Shown here: piece by piece, positions 27,686-41,598 of the stretch
How the letters are laid out: every line of letters starts with the position of its first letter
Numbering within the stretch: position 1 is the stretch's first letter
Source of the DNA: Eledone cirrhosa
Lineage: Eukaryota
Length of the DNA stretch: 64,000 nt
Direction of reading: 5' to 3'
Assembly (NCBI GenBank): GCA_964016885.1
Contig: OZ024740.1
Location: 156,178,001 to 156,242,000 of the forward strand
Notes under the pieces: generated by a model
Seen by the model: only the letters and a program-made list of their open reading frames with translations
The model's database searches: none
What the model was told of the DNA's origin: nothing
Translations under genes and position numbers: made by a program

Positions 27686-30600
27686 TGGCTGTCAGTCAGT
27701 AAAGACGTTTTTCTGGAGCTCCGCAAAAGTAGGCAATTTTCTGTTCATTTTCATTTATAATAATTGTTGTATTCTTTGAAAAGGGTCGTAAGACTCCCGC
27801 CTTTGCCCTCTGAAGGGGTGACTGTGTAATATTTGGCCCAAATATTTGAACTTTTTTGTATTTTAAAAAATTCTCGAAAAAAACAAAACAAAAAAAATCA
27901 CGCCCCCCAAATTTAAATCTGCTGTCATGTGATAGCAACCTAAATGTTGAGAGGAGGGAAGCGGCAAACACATTGATCTATAGTACAAATACATTTAGCA
28001 ACACCACCACAAATAGCATAAACAGTTGCAGCAGCAACACCAATAGTGAGAACAATAACCTTAAAAAAAAAAGAAACAACAATAATACCAACCACAGCAG
28101 TAACAGTGACAACCAAAAGACAGACAACAGAAATGATGACAACAACGAAATTAACACCACTAACCAGAACATAAACAGCACCAACAGCGACAATACCAAC
28201 TGCACCGAGAACAACAACAACGACGGCACCTAAGATATAACCAACAGTGATAAAAGCAACAAGAACAACAACACCAACGACAACAACAAGTACACTTTCG
28301 TTGAGGCAGCAGCCAAAAAATGGTCATGCTTCAACATGGACTTGACAGACAAGGAGACAAAGTTGGCCCAGGCATGGAAGCTCATCAAACAGGAACAAAC
28401 CTGGGCCAACTTAACGGTCCCGGCAGAAGCCATATAAGCGGTGGAGAAGAGAACTCTGGTCTTCAGATGCATCTCAGCTGAGACGAAAAGAGCCACAAAC
28501 TCTCTAAGCAGACGTTGAGGCTGCGCTGAGGTGCATCAGGGGAGATACAGAGTTCGTAGCGAGGGGTCGACAGTACGGCACCATCTCGGTGCTGTTTAAG
28601 TCGGAGGCCCTTGCTTTGAAGCACTCGATGACCCCTTGCAAAACCAGCAAGGTTATTATGTACCCCTCCCATATGGGAAAAATAATGATTAGAGTCCGTA
28701 TTTCCAGGATTCCACCTGGACTAGATATGTGGTGGCTCTTGGGATGCGTGATTGTGGAAGGGTCAGATGCCGTCTCAATAGATGTAACCAGGACACGAAA
28801 AGGGGACTGGTCCGGGATTGATCTGGAGATACTTCTCCAGATCAAGGGGTGACTGCATAATATTTGGACCTGTTGGCCCAAATATTTGAAATTTGTGAAA
28901 AAAAAAAAATTTCGAAAAAACAACAACAACAAAAAACATGGCTGAGACACGCCTCCCCCCTTCTCAGTCTGTCAGCGACCTAAACGTTGAGAGGAGGGAA
29001 ACGGCAAACACATTAATTTATACTACAAACACATTTAGCAACACCACCACAAACAACATGAACAACTATAGCAATAACTGTTTAAAACAACAACAACAAC
29101 AGCAATAGCTGCGACAACTAAAAGACAGACAACAGAAATAATTACAACAAAAACAACAACGAAATTAACACCACTAACAAGAACATAAACATTGACACCA
29201 CCAACAGCAACAATACCACCTGTACCGAGAACAACAACAACGGTACCAAAGATATAACCAACAGCAACAACACCAACAATAACGACGACGACAACAACAA
29301 AGGCAACACCAACAACAACGACAACAACACCAAGAACGACGACAACACCAACAACGATATAGTCAACGAAAAACAGCAAAACAGTAACAACAAAAAGAAC
29401 AACAACAGCATCAACAAAAAAGTACTTTCGCGGCAACAGTAGCAAAAAGCCAAAGGCTGTACGATTTCGATCTTACGGAGAAAAAAGAACGTTTGGCCCA
29501 AGCGGAAAAAATTATAACAAGAGAGAAAGGCTGGGCCAATTTAAACGTCCTGGCAGAGGTAATGGCAGCAAAGGAGAAGAGAACTTTAAAATATCGATGC
29601 ATTTCAGTCAAATCTGAAATGCGTCGGTAACGACGAAATAGACCATATAACAAGGGCCAGACAGTTTGGGAGCATCTTGGTGCTTTTCAAAACTGAGGCC
29701 CTTGCTATAAAGCATTCTGTGGTCCCTTGCAAAACGGACCAAATCATTCTGTACCAGTCCTACACGGGGAGGAGAACAATAAGGGTCCGTGTTCTCAGGA
29801 TTCCACCAGGACAGGATTTATGGTGGCCCCCTGGGATGCGTGGCGGTAGAGGGCCCTGACACCCTCCTCGACGTTAAATTTATAAAGAGAGAGTGAAAGA
29901 TGGTCTGGAACTGGTTTGGAGATTCTTCTCCAAATCAGACCTGAAGACATAAAAAAAACATACCGGACAACATCAAACTACAGGACGGGTATGAAATCTA
30001 GGTAGTCACGGAGGGCAAATGGTCGCGTTGTTTCGTGTGTGGTGAAGCAACACACCTGAGAGCTTTTTGCCCCAATTTGAAAACTGCAGGGGCCGCAAAC
30101 CTCCGTTGCTGCCAACACCGGTGTCGGGAGGAGGGACAACACCAGCAGCAAGAGTAAAATGAAACAGCGCCATTAACAAGGACAATTAAATCCACCCAGG
30201 TGGTCGCTGAAACAAGCTCTCCTTCTCCACCTCTTTCAAACACATACACACAGAGCAAAACGCACACACCCGTAAACACACTCCAACTCCCCTCTGACAC
30301 AGAGTCCCCAGATACCGGGTTCCTCCATTTCTCCGAGTGAAAATGAGGGGCAACCCCAAAACCCCAAAAGAAAGCACAAAAAGAAAACGAAGAATCCAGT
30401 TCCACACACACAAAAAGTACGCAAAACACCCACAGCAAATACAGACACACCCACAGCAACACCAACTCCACAACCGCCATCAACACCGGCACAAGCACAA
30501 GTCATCCCAAACAAAAGAAAACACACGCAGATACCAACAACAACAGACACACCAAACTTCTTGTTACTAAAGAGGGCCAACAAACAACTATTGGCCCTTG

Positions 30601-31233
30601 TAACATGAAGTAAAGACATTGAGAAAGAGGGAAAGATTTTTGGCACCAGCACCCTCAAAGGGCCCCAAATACTGCGATTGGTGCGGATGCCAATGTAAAC
30701 TTATAAAGATATTAGGGAGAGCTTTCCCAACTTCGTGGGAACCCCTAATGTAAAAGCCACGAGTAGGCTGCTACAGGGGTTCACAATGGAAATCCCACCA
30801 ACGATAGAGGTCAAACCACTCGACCTCCACAAGACTCCGGAAGGTAAGTAAACATTTCCTCTCTCCTTTAGCCTACCAACATGGCCATATTAAGAATAGG
30901 ATATTTAAATGTGCGTGGCCTGGGGTCATCCTGGAAGCAGGGTCACCTGCTCAACGACCTCAGGTCTCTAGAAATGGATGTAATTGCCGTCAGCGAGACC
31001 AGGATTTCCGACACGCGCGCACTAGCCCCCATTTTCGACGAGTATCAGATCTTCGCATCTGTTAGTCAGCCAGGATGGGAGGTGGGGTGGCAGTGCTGTT
31101 TAGGAAAGGCCTGGATCTCGAGGTAAAGTCGATCTGCCGGGACCCGAACGGTAAGTTGGTAGTCCTGGACGTGAACAATAGCGAAGGTGGTGCCTTTAGA
31201 CTTGTGGCCGTCTACACCCCTAAAGGGGCCGGA
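27686..31233 (+). mobile_element. Tx1 copy D: doubled 5'UTR/ORF1 start, truncated in EN domain
   Basis: 5'UTR motif aaggggtgactg..aatatttgg at 27812 and again at 28844. ORF1 ends GK* at ~30851; ORF2 ATG at 30881 (MAILRIGYLNVRG). Confidence 0.88.
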
Positions 31234-34200
31234 CGTTCATCCAGCGCCCAATGATGCTGTTGAACAGCATGGACTTGCCTCTCCAGGTGCCGATCTGCAA
31301 GCCCATCCACTTTTCCAGGTTAAGTTTTCATATTCCTTTCATATTCCTCCAATAAGTTGTCGACTTATTGTCGGAGAGAGGACATCCTCGTGCAGCCGTC
31401 AAGGGCATCCTGAATTTCAGCTGAAGTTATCGGCCTTTCGCGGCTCTCAGCGTCGGCCATCGACAGGCACGGCAAGCCGTCGAGGTGGGAACTGAAGTCC
31501 GCAACCGTCTCTGACCAGCCAATCCCGCCGAACAACCGAGCAAAATGCTGGCAAAAGGCCTCACACATCCGCATGGAATCGCTCAGCACGTGTCCGTCTC
31601 GGTCCGTCAAAGACCGAATTGTAGTTTTATTACCACACTGCGCCACTGCCACGCGGGCCCATCAAAAAGCTTTGGTTCCCTCGTTTCTCAGAGCACGCAC
31701 CTTAGCTCTGACAATGCTACCTTCGAGTTTCGCATTGAAGAAATGGTCTAATGCCATTCTCGCCGCTAGCACGTCAGTTGCAATGTCACTACAAATGGCC
31801 TCGTCTAACTTATCTACCAGCTCCCCCATCCTTTCTATTTTTCTCTAACGCTACTTCTTTCCTAAACCCTATCGAAATTACTCTGATCTCTCTTTTGAGA
31901 GCCCCTCGCCCCACCACTGTTGTTGACCCCCCCCCCCGTCAACTTTTGCTTAACTAAATTGTTGACCCGGTCTCTGTAAGCCTTACGTGCCGGAAACGAC
32001 ATGTTCGGCTTCCAGTAACCAGGTCCTAACCTACGCGTCTTATCTAGGTCGACCATACAGATCCCAAACTTGTGATCTGAATAGGTCTTAAAACGTAAAC
32101 AGCCTAAACTATTTCTATCTATTTTCATTATGAAAATCCTCTCTATGTACGATCTAGATGTCACTATGCGGTTGATCCAGGGCTACACTGGCGCATTAGG
32201 GAAGTCTAGTCGCTACCTGTCAGACAGTTGGAACTGGCTGATTAGGTACTTGAGGCTTTTGCCCCGCTCCTATCAGCTGCTCCCACACAATCCCAGCGTG
32301 CGTCTAAGATGCCATTTTACTCGCCCGCTAATAGTAAAGGGCGAGACGTACCCAGAGAAGCTTCCAAGTGCCTAAAGACTATCGTTCGTCCGGCCCCGGT
32401 AGGGGCGTAGACTGCCACCAGTCTAAAGGCACCACCTTCGCTATTGTTCACGTCCAGGACCACCAACTTACCGTCCGGGTCCCGGAAGATCGACCTTATC
32501 TCGAGATCCAGGCTGCCCCGCACCATTCCTAACAGACTAACATCGAAAATGGGGGATAGTGCGCGTGTGTCAGAAATCCTGGTCTCGCTGACGGCAATTA
32601 CATCCATATCTAGAGACCTGAGGTAGTTGACTCTTTTCCAAGGGCGACCCCAGGCCACGAACATTTAAGCATCCTACTCTTAATATGGCCATGCTGGCAA
32701 CCTGAAAGAGAGAGAGCGAAGGTTTACTTACATCCCGGGGGCTTGTGAAGGTCGGGTAGTTCGACTTCCATGGTTGCTGGGGTTTCTTTCGGGAATTCCT
32801 TTAAAAGTTTCGATGTTGGTTTCAAGTTCGGAGTACCCACGTCCTGAGGAAAGCTCTCTCGAAATTCCATTGTAGGAATCGAGCGACATACGCACCAGAA
32901 ACAAATCTTCCGGCATGAAAATGTGCTCAATTAAAAAATCTCCACCTCTGTTTGAATTTCTTTGCTTCGTGCTAAGAGGGCCATCAATTTCTCTTTGGCC
33001 CTTCTGACAAGCACGAAGTATTTTATGTTTTGCTGGTGCAGTTTTATTTGTTTGCGTTTGGGCGACTGTGATGTTGATGGTTTTGTTGGTGTTGTTTCGG
33101 GTATGTCTGTGTTTGTTGTAGGTGTGGTGTCTGTAATTTCAGGTGTCTGTGTGTTTATTTGTTCTTGTGTCTGTTTAATTTGTTTGCGTTTGGGGGATTG
33201 TGGGAATGGTGTTGGTGTTGGTGTTGTTGGGGAAGTGTTTACGTTGTTGGTGTCTGTAGTTTTTGTCGTGGGTGTTTTTGTATTTTGTGGGGGCTTTTTC
33301 TTTGTGTGTTTTCTTTTTTGCTTTTTGGTGGATTTGGGTTTTCCCTCATCTTCACTACTGGAATATAACGGGTCTGTGGCTGTAAGTGTATCTGTGTGCG
33401 TTTATGTTTTTGTCCATGTGTATATATTTAGGGGGAGGAGGAATGGGAGAGCTTTCCTCGTTTTCCCCTAGGTTAATTTTGGTGGTGGTTAGACTGTTTT
33501 TGCTGTTGGCGGGGCTGCCGGTGTCAGTGTTGGTGGAACTTTCCATGCTGGCACTGGCGTTGGCAGCAAAGGAGGTTTGCGCCCCCTGCATTTTTGAACT
33601 GAGAGCAGAAGGCTCGCAGATGCGTTGCTTCACCGCAGACGAAGCATTGCGGCCTTCCTCCCGCAGTAATCAACTGAATCATTGTCTTGTTATGCAAGCG
33701 GACAACGTCCGGGATGTTATTTAGGTCTTCTGGTTTTATTTGGAGAAGAATGTCCAAATCTATCCCGGACCAGTCTTCTCTCTCTGTCTTTTTGATATCT
33801 AGGAGGGTAGTGTCTGTCCCCTCCTCGATTACACATCACAGGTGCCACCATAGATTTATTCCTGGTGGGATCCTAGAAATGCGGACCATCACTCTTTTTT
33901 CGCTCATGTAGGACGGGTGCATAATGATTCGTTCTGTTCCGCAGGGAGGGGGGGGGGGCATTGAGTGCTTAATAGCAAGAGCCTCGGTTTTGAACAGTAC
34001 CGAGATGGTGCCGAACTGTCTGGCTCTTGCTTTGTATTCAATATCATCTTTAATGCATTCCAAAGCAGCCTCAACTTCTGCCTGGCTGGCGAATTACACC
34101 TTGCGAGTCTGCACCGAAATGCATCGAAAATGTTAAGTCCTCCTCTGCATAGTCGCTATTGCTTCGTCCGGGATGGTTAGGTTGGCCCAAGATTTCTCAC

Positions 34201-34845
34201 GTTTAATTAATTTCCACGTCTGGGCCAACTGTTGCTCCTTGTCTGTAGCAATGACCTTAAAAAATCGTTTTGTATTCGCAACCGCCGCCGTGAATGTGTT
34301 GTTTAGTTTGTTGCTGCTCTCACTGTTGCTGTTGTTGTTGGTGTTGTTATTATTGTTTTGTTTGTTGTTGCTGCTGCTACCGTTATTAATGTTTATATTG
34401 AGGCTGTTGATGGTGTTGTTGTTGTTGTTGAAGGGATAATGGCAGTGGTGGTGACGGTGTTTGAGGTGGCCAAGTGGAACGCTTACTGTTTATAGTTCCC
34501 TTTCCTTGTATCATTTTCTCACATGCAGCAGCATTGACCACAGTCGTATCACAAATGTCTGTGGTAGTAGTAGTAGTAGCAGTAGTTGCAGTTTTTAACC
34601 TTTTGAACAGCAAGTTAAATTCTTTCATGTTTTTTTTTTTAACATGATTTTTCAAAGTTTTTAAAAATAAATCTGAATAAAGCCCGAATATTTGAAAGTT
34701 CTCCCTTCCTGGGAGCCAAGGTGGTTACCGTATGCCCCGTTATCAACAACACAATACACAATGTAACACTTTAAAACAACTTAAAATTATGAACCTTTTC
34801 TCTCGCAGACTTGTAACGTCTTCACACATGTGCGAATAACAAATA
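31234..34845 (-). mobile_element. Tx1 copy E: 5' intact, 3' truncated and internally deleted
   Basis: ORF1 with RPQCFVCGEATHLRAFC; ORF2 ATG at 32692; GPGYWK; deletion at ~31370 joins the pre-RT linker to the post-RT region. Confidence 0.9.
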
Positions 34846-34857
34846 ACAATGATAAAA

Positions 34858-35038
34858 ATAACTGTTTCTACTTTAGGCACAAGGCCAGCAATTACCCAGT
34901 GCATTACTGGTACTTTATTTTATCGACCCCGTAAGGATGAAAGGCAAAGTCAACCTCGGCGGGATTTGAACTCAGATCGTAAAGGGACGTAACTATGCTG
35001 GAAAGCATGGCGTCCGACCCTCTACCGATACTGCCAAT
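34858..35038 (-). mobile_element. tRNA-derived SINE
   Basis: A/B boxes, core and tail; its tail runs into the Tx1 copy E 5' end. Confidence 0.9.
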
Positions 35039-35059
35039 AAAAATAACGAAAGCAAGTTA

Positions 35060-36945
35060 TTTTACATATTCACTTCATTGTTTTACGATCGTTTCGGAGG
35101 GTTGATCATATCGATATATTGACGGATCTATAGTAGTTAGAGAATTGTATACTATCAGACATAATATACAGGTTCGATCATACCGTCGTCTTCGGAAACA
35201 ATGAAGTTAGAATTTTCATTGGTAGTATATAAACAGGGTAGATATAAGAATAGACATACCATACAAATATATATTCCAGATTACCTCTTTTGGTTGATAA
35301 AGACTATCATTTGAGGAGTAAGTGGACGAAGAAGCAGAAAAAGAAGAACGAGGAAGAGGTAGAATAAGAGGGATAAAGGAAGACTAGGGAAAGAAGAGGT
35401 AGGCTAAGAGGGGTAGAAGAAGAAGAAGAAGAAGAAGAAGAAGAAGACCATAAAAGTGGTGAGTGCATTGTGCTAGAGGTAATAAATCTTCTGAGGGATG
35501 TCTTAATTGAGGGATGGTAAGTGTTTGGTCGATAATAAATAAAGATGTTTTTACATGGGTGTTCTAATTCAAATATAGGGAAATTACTTGGTTATTGTAG
35601 ATTAATTCATAAGTTACTAGTTATTAGATTAATTTATAAGTTACTGTATTGCTAACTTGAGAAAGTAAAGTTTGATAAATAATATTAAGTAGATTAATAA
35701 TATTTAATAATAACCCAATTTAGAAGGCAAGCCTTGTTTCTTAATCGAAGTTATACGTGTATACATAAATACATATATAGTAAGAAAAAAATTAATTTTC
35801 AAATTCAATGTTGATTTAGGATTGGTAATAAAGTTTGGATAGAGGAAGAAGTTTGTGCTAATTGTGTAGGGTTATTTCATACGTCAAATAAGAAGTGAAT
35901 TGTGATTCCGGTAGGTGAAAAATTGAATGATATAAAGTTTTCAGGCTAAAATTATTGCAGGTTAGGTGGTATTAATACATGGTAATTTAAGTTGTATTTA
36001 AATATCAATACTGCTTTTGAATATTTATTATAATTTAGATAGAAGAGTATGATTTTTATTAAGTCAATTTGGTTAGTTATATTGTAAGTTATTTTGATTA
36101 GTTTAGAAGTCTATATTGTTATCGAAATGAGGAAATACTATATCCGCTTTTGAAGGATCAGATTAATGTTGATTTAATTAATTACCGACATTCATTTATT
36201 TTATATGTAGATTATTTGGGTAAGAATATGTTATTTCTAGTTATGTCTCACTTGGTTGAAGAAACTAGTTCTTAGTTCTGACCATAGTGATTTCAAGTCT
36301 TTAGGATTTTATGATTACATGAAATAATTAATTCCTGCTTTTAATTTAGTAACCCTTCGATTTCATGATTTGGAATAGCTCCTGAGAACATAATTGGCAC
36401 TACCTGCTTTCGCCTTGATATGAGTTAGTTTTCTTTAGGACACTCCATTTTAGGTAGTATGCTATATTTTTCATTTTAAAATTGTTGATAGTTTCCGCTA
36501 GTGAGGTGGTGTTAGCTAATTTAGGATTTTTAAAAGAATGGGTATGGAAATAGAATCTTTTCTTAAACGAATTAGAGGTAGCCCCGATGTAGGATTGTGT
36601 ATTGTCCCTAATAATTACTTTACATTTATATAGTATACTGCTGAGTAAGTATGTTTTGAAACAGTGAGCAGTTTTGAAATTAGAAAATAGAATAGCTTTC
36701 ACCATATTTTTGACTAAAGAAATTTTAGCCTGATAATGGGGTTTAGAACTCTCAGACATGTACACGTACATCAATACTCATCTTTTTCCATTTCTTTAGT
36801 AAAAAAAACGGTGAAAGCTATACTATACTGCTAATTAAACAATTGCCATTACAGGGGCAGTAAGCTTTAATTCTACAGTTGCATCTGTTTGTTTGAGATG
36901 TGTTATGTGATCTAAGATTACTATTTATGCTATTACTATTATTTT
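35060..36945 (-). mobile_element. AT-rich Penelope-like element, 3' part (GIY-YIG endonuclease and pLTR)
   Basis: ILYKCKV...YIGATSNSFKKRFYFHTHSF..LKWSVLKK (36400-36774), followed by CQLC; hammerhead-like motif at 35072-35207. Confidence 0.85.
35072..35207 (-). ncRNA. Type I hammerhead-like ribozyme with long stem II insert (core C-C-GAAGA variant)
   Basis: Minus strand: acttcattgttt CCGAAGA ..~90 nt.. GAAAC gaTC gtaaaacaatgaagt; 12-bp stem I. Confidence 0.55.
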
Positions 36946-37356
36946 TGTTAGTGGAACTACGTCGTACCTCGCAACATTTTCATATGCAATAATGTTAAAC
37001 TGACCAATAGTAAATCGCGTATGAATACATGGTCACTCTCTCTCTCTCTGGTGATAAATCCAGAGTACAAGAGGAGACAAGGAGATGACTACGGAAGAGT
37101 AAAGAATTATAACAGAATGACTCCTACTATATTCTTTTCGACAATAAAAATTATATTTATAGAGGATTGAGCGTTATAGAGATATTTATTTACACCCTGG
37201 AAGTCAGAAGCATGTTACTACCAATAAGAAGCAACCAACTCATCGACTAAGGTATTTCCCTTATATCGTTTGTAAAAAAACAAGAACCTTAGAAGATTTT
37301 AACTTGCAGTTATAAAAAGATATAGGTAACATTTAACTTCTCATCCTTTCTATAAA
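36946..37356 (+). repeat. 5' LTR
   Basis: Direct repeat of 41599-42012; about 17 differences counted by eye. Confidence 0.95.
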
Positions 37357-37357
37357 A

Positions 37358-37369
37358 TGGTGACCCGTC
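37358..37369 (+). promoter_or_regulatory. Primer-binding site, tRNA-Trp-like
   Basis: TGGTGACCCGTC just after the 5' LTR, near-complementary to tRNA-Trp 3' end (..GGGGUCACCA). Confidence 0.7.
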
Positions 37370-37699
37370 TTTAAAGAATGCATCCTTCTCACGAAAAAAA
37401 AAAAATGTCGACACGACAATAAGAAACGATTTTTTCTTCGCACATGGCATCCTTGTCCAACATGGCGCCTCACCTTCTTCTTCTTCCTCAGTGGTTCCCA
37501 CGCTTTAACTTTGGTCTACACAAGCACACTCTCTACTGTAGCAATGACACTACAGAACTTTGACATTTTTTTTACATGTTTTGTTCCCAACTATTGCGGT
37601 GAAGTAATGGTAAGTAATTCACTACCGGTGTTTAGCGGTGATGGCTTGCACAGATAGAATCGTTTTTCTTCGCACATAATATTTCGTCCGACTCTAGAC

Positions 37700-40600
37700 A
37701 GCTCCATCTTTTACTGAGTGCCATTGCTGCTTCCTTAACATCAACGGTTAAGGACTTAATTACCGACCCGTCTCCGGAGGCTACTTATAGCAGCGTAAAA
37801 AAGGAAATTCTCAACCGTACTTCTGTCTCGGCGGAAAGGAGGTTTCGTGCTCTAGTGAACAATGTGCATCTAGGCGACTGTAGACCTATGCAGCTCTTAC
37901 AGAAGATAAGAGAGCTTTCGGAAGACGCACCAGCTGACAGCGCCATGATCAAACAACTTTTCTTCTCTAGGCTGCCTCCTAATGTTCAAGCCATTTTGGC
38001 AGCAATGACAGAAACCAGTTCGGTAGATCAGTTGGCTTCATCCGCTGATAAAATCTTGGAGTACTCCGGCAATTCTACCACTGCTACCCCATCACGACTT
38101 GCAACAAATTATTCACCTTCGTCTGTCGCATCGGTTTCAGCTAGCGCCACCTCGACCAACTAAGCAGCACTCAAGGCCATCCATGTCCTAACGAAGGAGG
38201 TACAACTTCTTCGTTTACCCAGATCACGATCTCCCCGACAACGGTTGCGAAATCGCTCGCAATCTTCACATTGTCGTTTCCAGCCTTCACCATCGCGATC
38301 GTGCTGGTACCATAGCAGTTTCGGAGCCTCTGCTCGTAAATGTATCCAGCCTTGTTCCTTTACACACCAGGGAAACGAAGTAACGGAGAATTAAGCACGA
38401 CGTCTTCTCCGCAATCCTGTACTGAAAATCGTGCATTTTTCATTACAGATTCCTTCTCGCACGTACGCTGCCTCATCGACACGGGTGCGTCTTGCAGCAT
38501 TTGGCCTTTAAAACTCTTGATAGAGAAACCTCCTCTCTCACAGATATCACTATAAGCTATAAACCATTCTGCTATCCCTACGTATGGACAAATCTCTCGT
38601 TCTTTGGACCTGGATTTACGTAGAGATTTTTCATGGATTTTCACCATAGCTGATTTGCCATATCCTATTTTGGGTGCCAATCTTTTGCATCATCACAATC
38701 TTATGGTTGATATGCTGACACATCGTTGGACGCAACTACGAATCTTTCTGCGTCTGGACGTACTTCAGTAATCCAGTCCATCAGTCCAGTCTTCTACATC
38801 GCTGCTTCGGATGACCCGTATCATGCGCTTTTGCATTCCTTTCCGGAATTAACTAATCTGAACTTTGCGGTACTCCTACTCACTCTACCACGAATTTTAT
38901 TGAGACTAAGGGTGCTCCAGTTTTTTCACGCCCACGTCGCCCACGAAAAATTGAAAGCGGCTGAGGCAGAGTTTAATCATATGCTATAGTTGGGTATCAT
39001 TCGCCATTCTTCCAGTCCGTGGGCCTCGTCTTTGCACATGGTACCGAAACGTTCGGGAGACTGGCGACCCACTGGAGATATTCGGCGATTAAATTCGATC
39101 ACCGTGCCGGACCGTTACCCAATTCCTCACATCCAGGATTTCGCTTCTTCGCTTCACGGATGTACTATCTTTTCGAAATTGGACTTGATCAAAGCATATC
39201 ATCAAATTCCTGTGAATCCTGCGGACATTCCTAAAACTGCGGTCACTACACCTTTCGGTGCATTCGAGTTTTTAACAATGCCTTTTGGATTACACAATGC
39301 TGCTAGTACCTTCCAGCGATTTATTGACGGAGTCGTCCGTGACCTATATTTTGTATATTGTTACATCGACGATATTAACATCGCGAGTGCTTCACCGGAG
39401 GATCATGTCTCGCACCTCCGCCAACTGTTTGAGCAATTTAAGCAGTACCAAGTTCGTATTAATCCTGCGAAGTGCATTTTCGGCGCTGCTTCACTCGTCT
39501 TTTTAGGCCACGTGATTAACTCTGAAGGAATATTTCCACTTCCTGAGAAAGTGAAAGCTCTTCAGGAACTCCCTCCCCCTACTTCCTTGCGACAGCTGCG
39601 GCAGTTCCTGGGCCTCCTAAATTATTATCGACGGTTTATGCCCCATTGCGCAGAACTCTTAGCTCCACTATCTGACCTCCTACGTAACAGAAAGAAGAAC
39701 GAACCAATCGCTTTGGGACCCATGCAACTCGAAGCATTCTCCAAAGCTAAAGAAAATTGAGCAAACGCATCTCTGCTTGCACACTCTGTGTCTGGTGCCC
39801 AGTTTTCGCTGGTTGTGGATGTATCAGCCACAGCCGTAGGTGCAGTATTGCAACAGCATCACTAGCAACAGCTTCAACCTCTTGCTTTCTTTTCAAAGCA
39901 GCTAAAGCCCGCTGAATCCCGCTATAGCACCTTCGGCCGCGAACTGTTAGCCATTTTCCTTGCTGTCAAACACATTCGGCATTCACTGGAAGGCCGACAA
40001 TTTATGATCTATACTGATCATCGTCCACTTACGTTTGCACTTAGTTCCAATCCGGACAAATACCCACCTCGAGAAACTCATCATTTGGACTTCATATCCC
40101 AGTTTACGAATGACATTCCTGGGGAAGAAAATACAGCGGCGGATGCCTCATCTCGCCTACCAATCAATGCCTTGTCAGCACCTGCGAATATTGACTTGCA
40201 TCTTATGGCTGCAGAACAGCCCATCCTAGAATCGTTGGATCTCTCATCACCTGAATTAGCAACCTACAATTTAAATACTTGCCTTCAAATACCAGATTGT
40301 GTGTGATACTGCGACAGATTCACCTCGCCCTCTGGTCCCAGAGACTCATCGTCGAATAGTTTTCGACTCTCTACAAAGTTTCGCACACCCTGGAATTTCC
40401 GCATAAGTGAAACTCATTTCAGCTAGATTCTTCTGGCCGAATATGAGACGTGATATCACTGCTTGGTCACGTTCCTGTTTGTCTTGTCAGAAGTCGAAGG
40501 TGCATAAACATATTCGCGCACCTCTCGGCACATTTAGCACACCAGACGCACGTTTTTGCCACATACATATCGATATTGTGGGACGATGGCTTGCCAGTCG

Positions 40601-41300
40601 TGGTTGTTCATACATCCTAACCTGCATTGACCGTTTCACCCGATGGCCTGAAGTCATCCCTCTTAGTGATATAACTGCTGAATCAGTAGCGCGAGCTTGG
40701 TTTTAGGATGGAGTTCCTACCACTATTACTACAGACCGTGGTAGGCAGTTCGAATCTCAACTTTTCACGGATCTATCAAATACCACCGGCGCTCAACACC
40801 TCATGGCTACCAGTTACCATCCTGCATCTAATGGAATGGTAGAGCAATTTCATCGCCAGTTAAAGGCCACATTGCGTGCCTATCTTGATACTCTACATTG
40901 GAGCGACTACCTCCTCATAGTACTACTCGGTATCCGCACTTCAATTAAAGAGGACCTTGGATTCTCTCCAGCCGAGCTTTTGTACGGCACTACTTTATCT
41001 TTGCCAGGGCAGATGCTTGCTCCAGTCGACCTTTCTAATCAGGATCCTACACTCTATGTGACCCGTTTTTGTTCGTATTTTTAAGTGCTGCCTCCTATGA
41101 ACACTAGGCAATAAGCCATTAAATCTTCGGTTCCGAGGAACATTGCCTCTTGGACCCATGTTTTTGACAGAAATGACGCAGTGAGAAGTCATCTCACACC
41201 ACCATATTCTGGATCCTATCACGTACTTGCACGTACAAACAAACATTTCATCATTGACTTTAATGGACATAAAGACACAGTCTCTATTGACAGACTAAAG
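37700..41300 (+). pseudogene. Gypsy gag-pol (gag, protease, RT, RNase H, integrase)
   Basis: WYH..FG..ARKC..PC gag finger, LIDTGA protease, [31 protein letters not shown] RNase H, HPG/CLSC/HIDIVG/TDRGRQF/NGMVE integrase. Internal stops. Confidence 0.95.
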
Positions 41301-41585
41301 CGGGCCTACACAGATGATCTCACACCAGAACCTCATACTCCCCCCTCCTACAATGTGTCAATACAAACACTACCGCAAGCACCACAATCACATACAATCA
41401 CTCTTTTACCTTCAACATACGTCACGACAACTCGTAGTCGTCATGTTCATTGGCCCAAGAAACTTTGTAAAACAATTTACATATGAACTATTCTTTTCTT
41501 TTCTTCATTTTTGTATTTGCTTTGCATGACTTATGTTACCTTTGCAGACATTTTCTCCTCATTTTTATCGACTGCTTTCCAGTCT

Positions 41586-41598
41586 AAGCAGAGGGTGA
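41586..41598 (+). promoter_or_regulatory. Polypurine tract
   Basis: AAGCAGAGGGTGA immediately before the 3' LTR TG. Confidence 0.7.
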
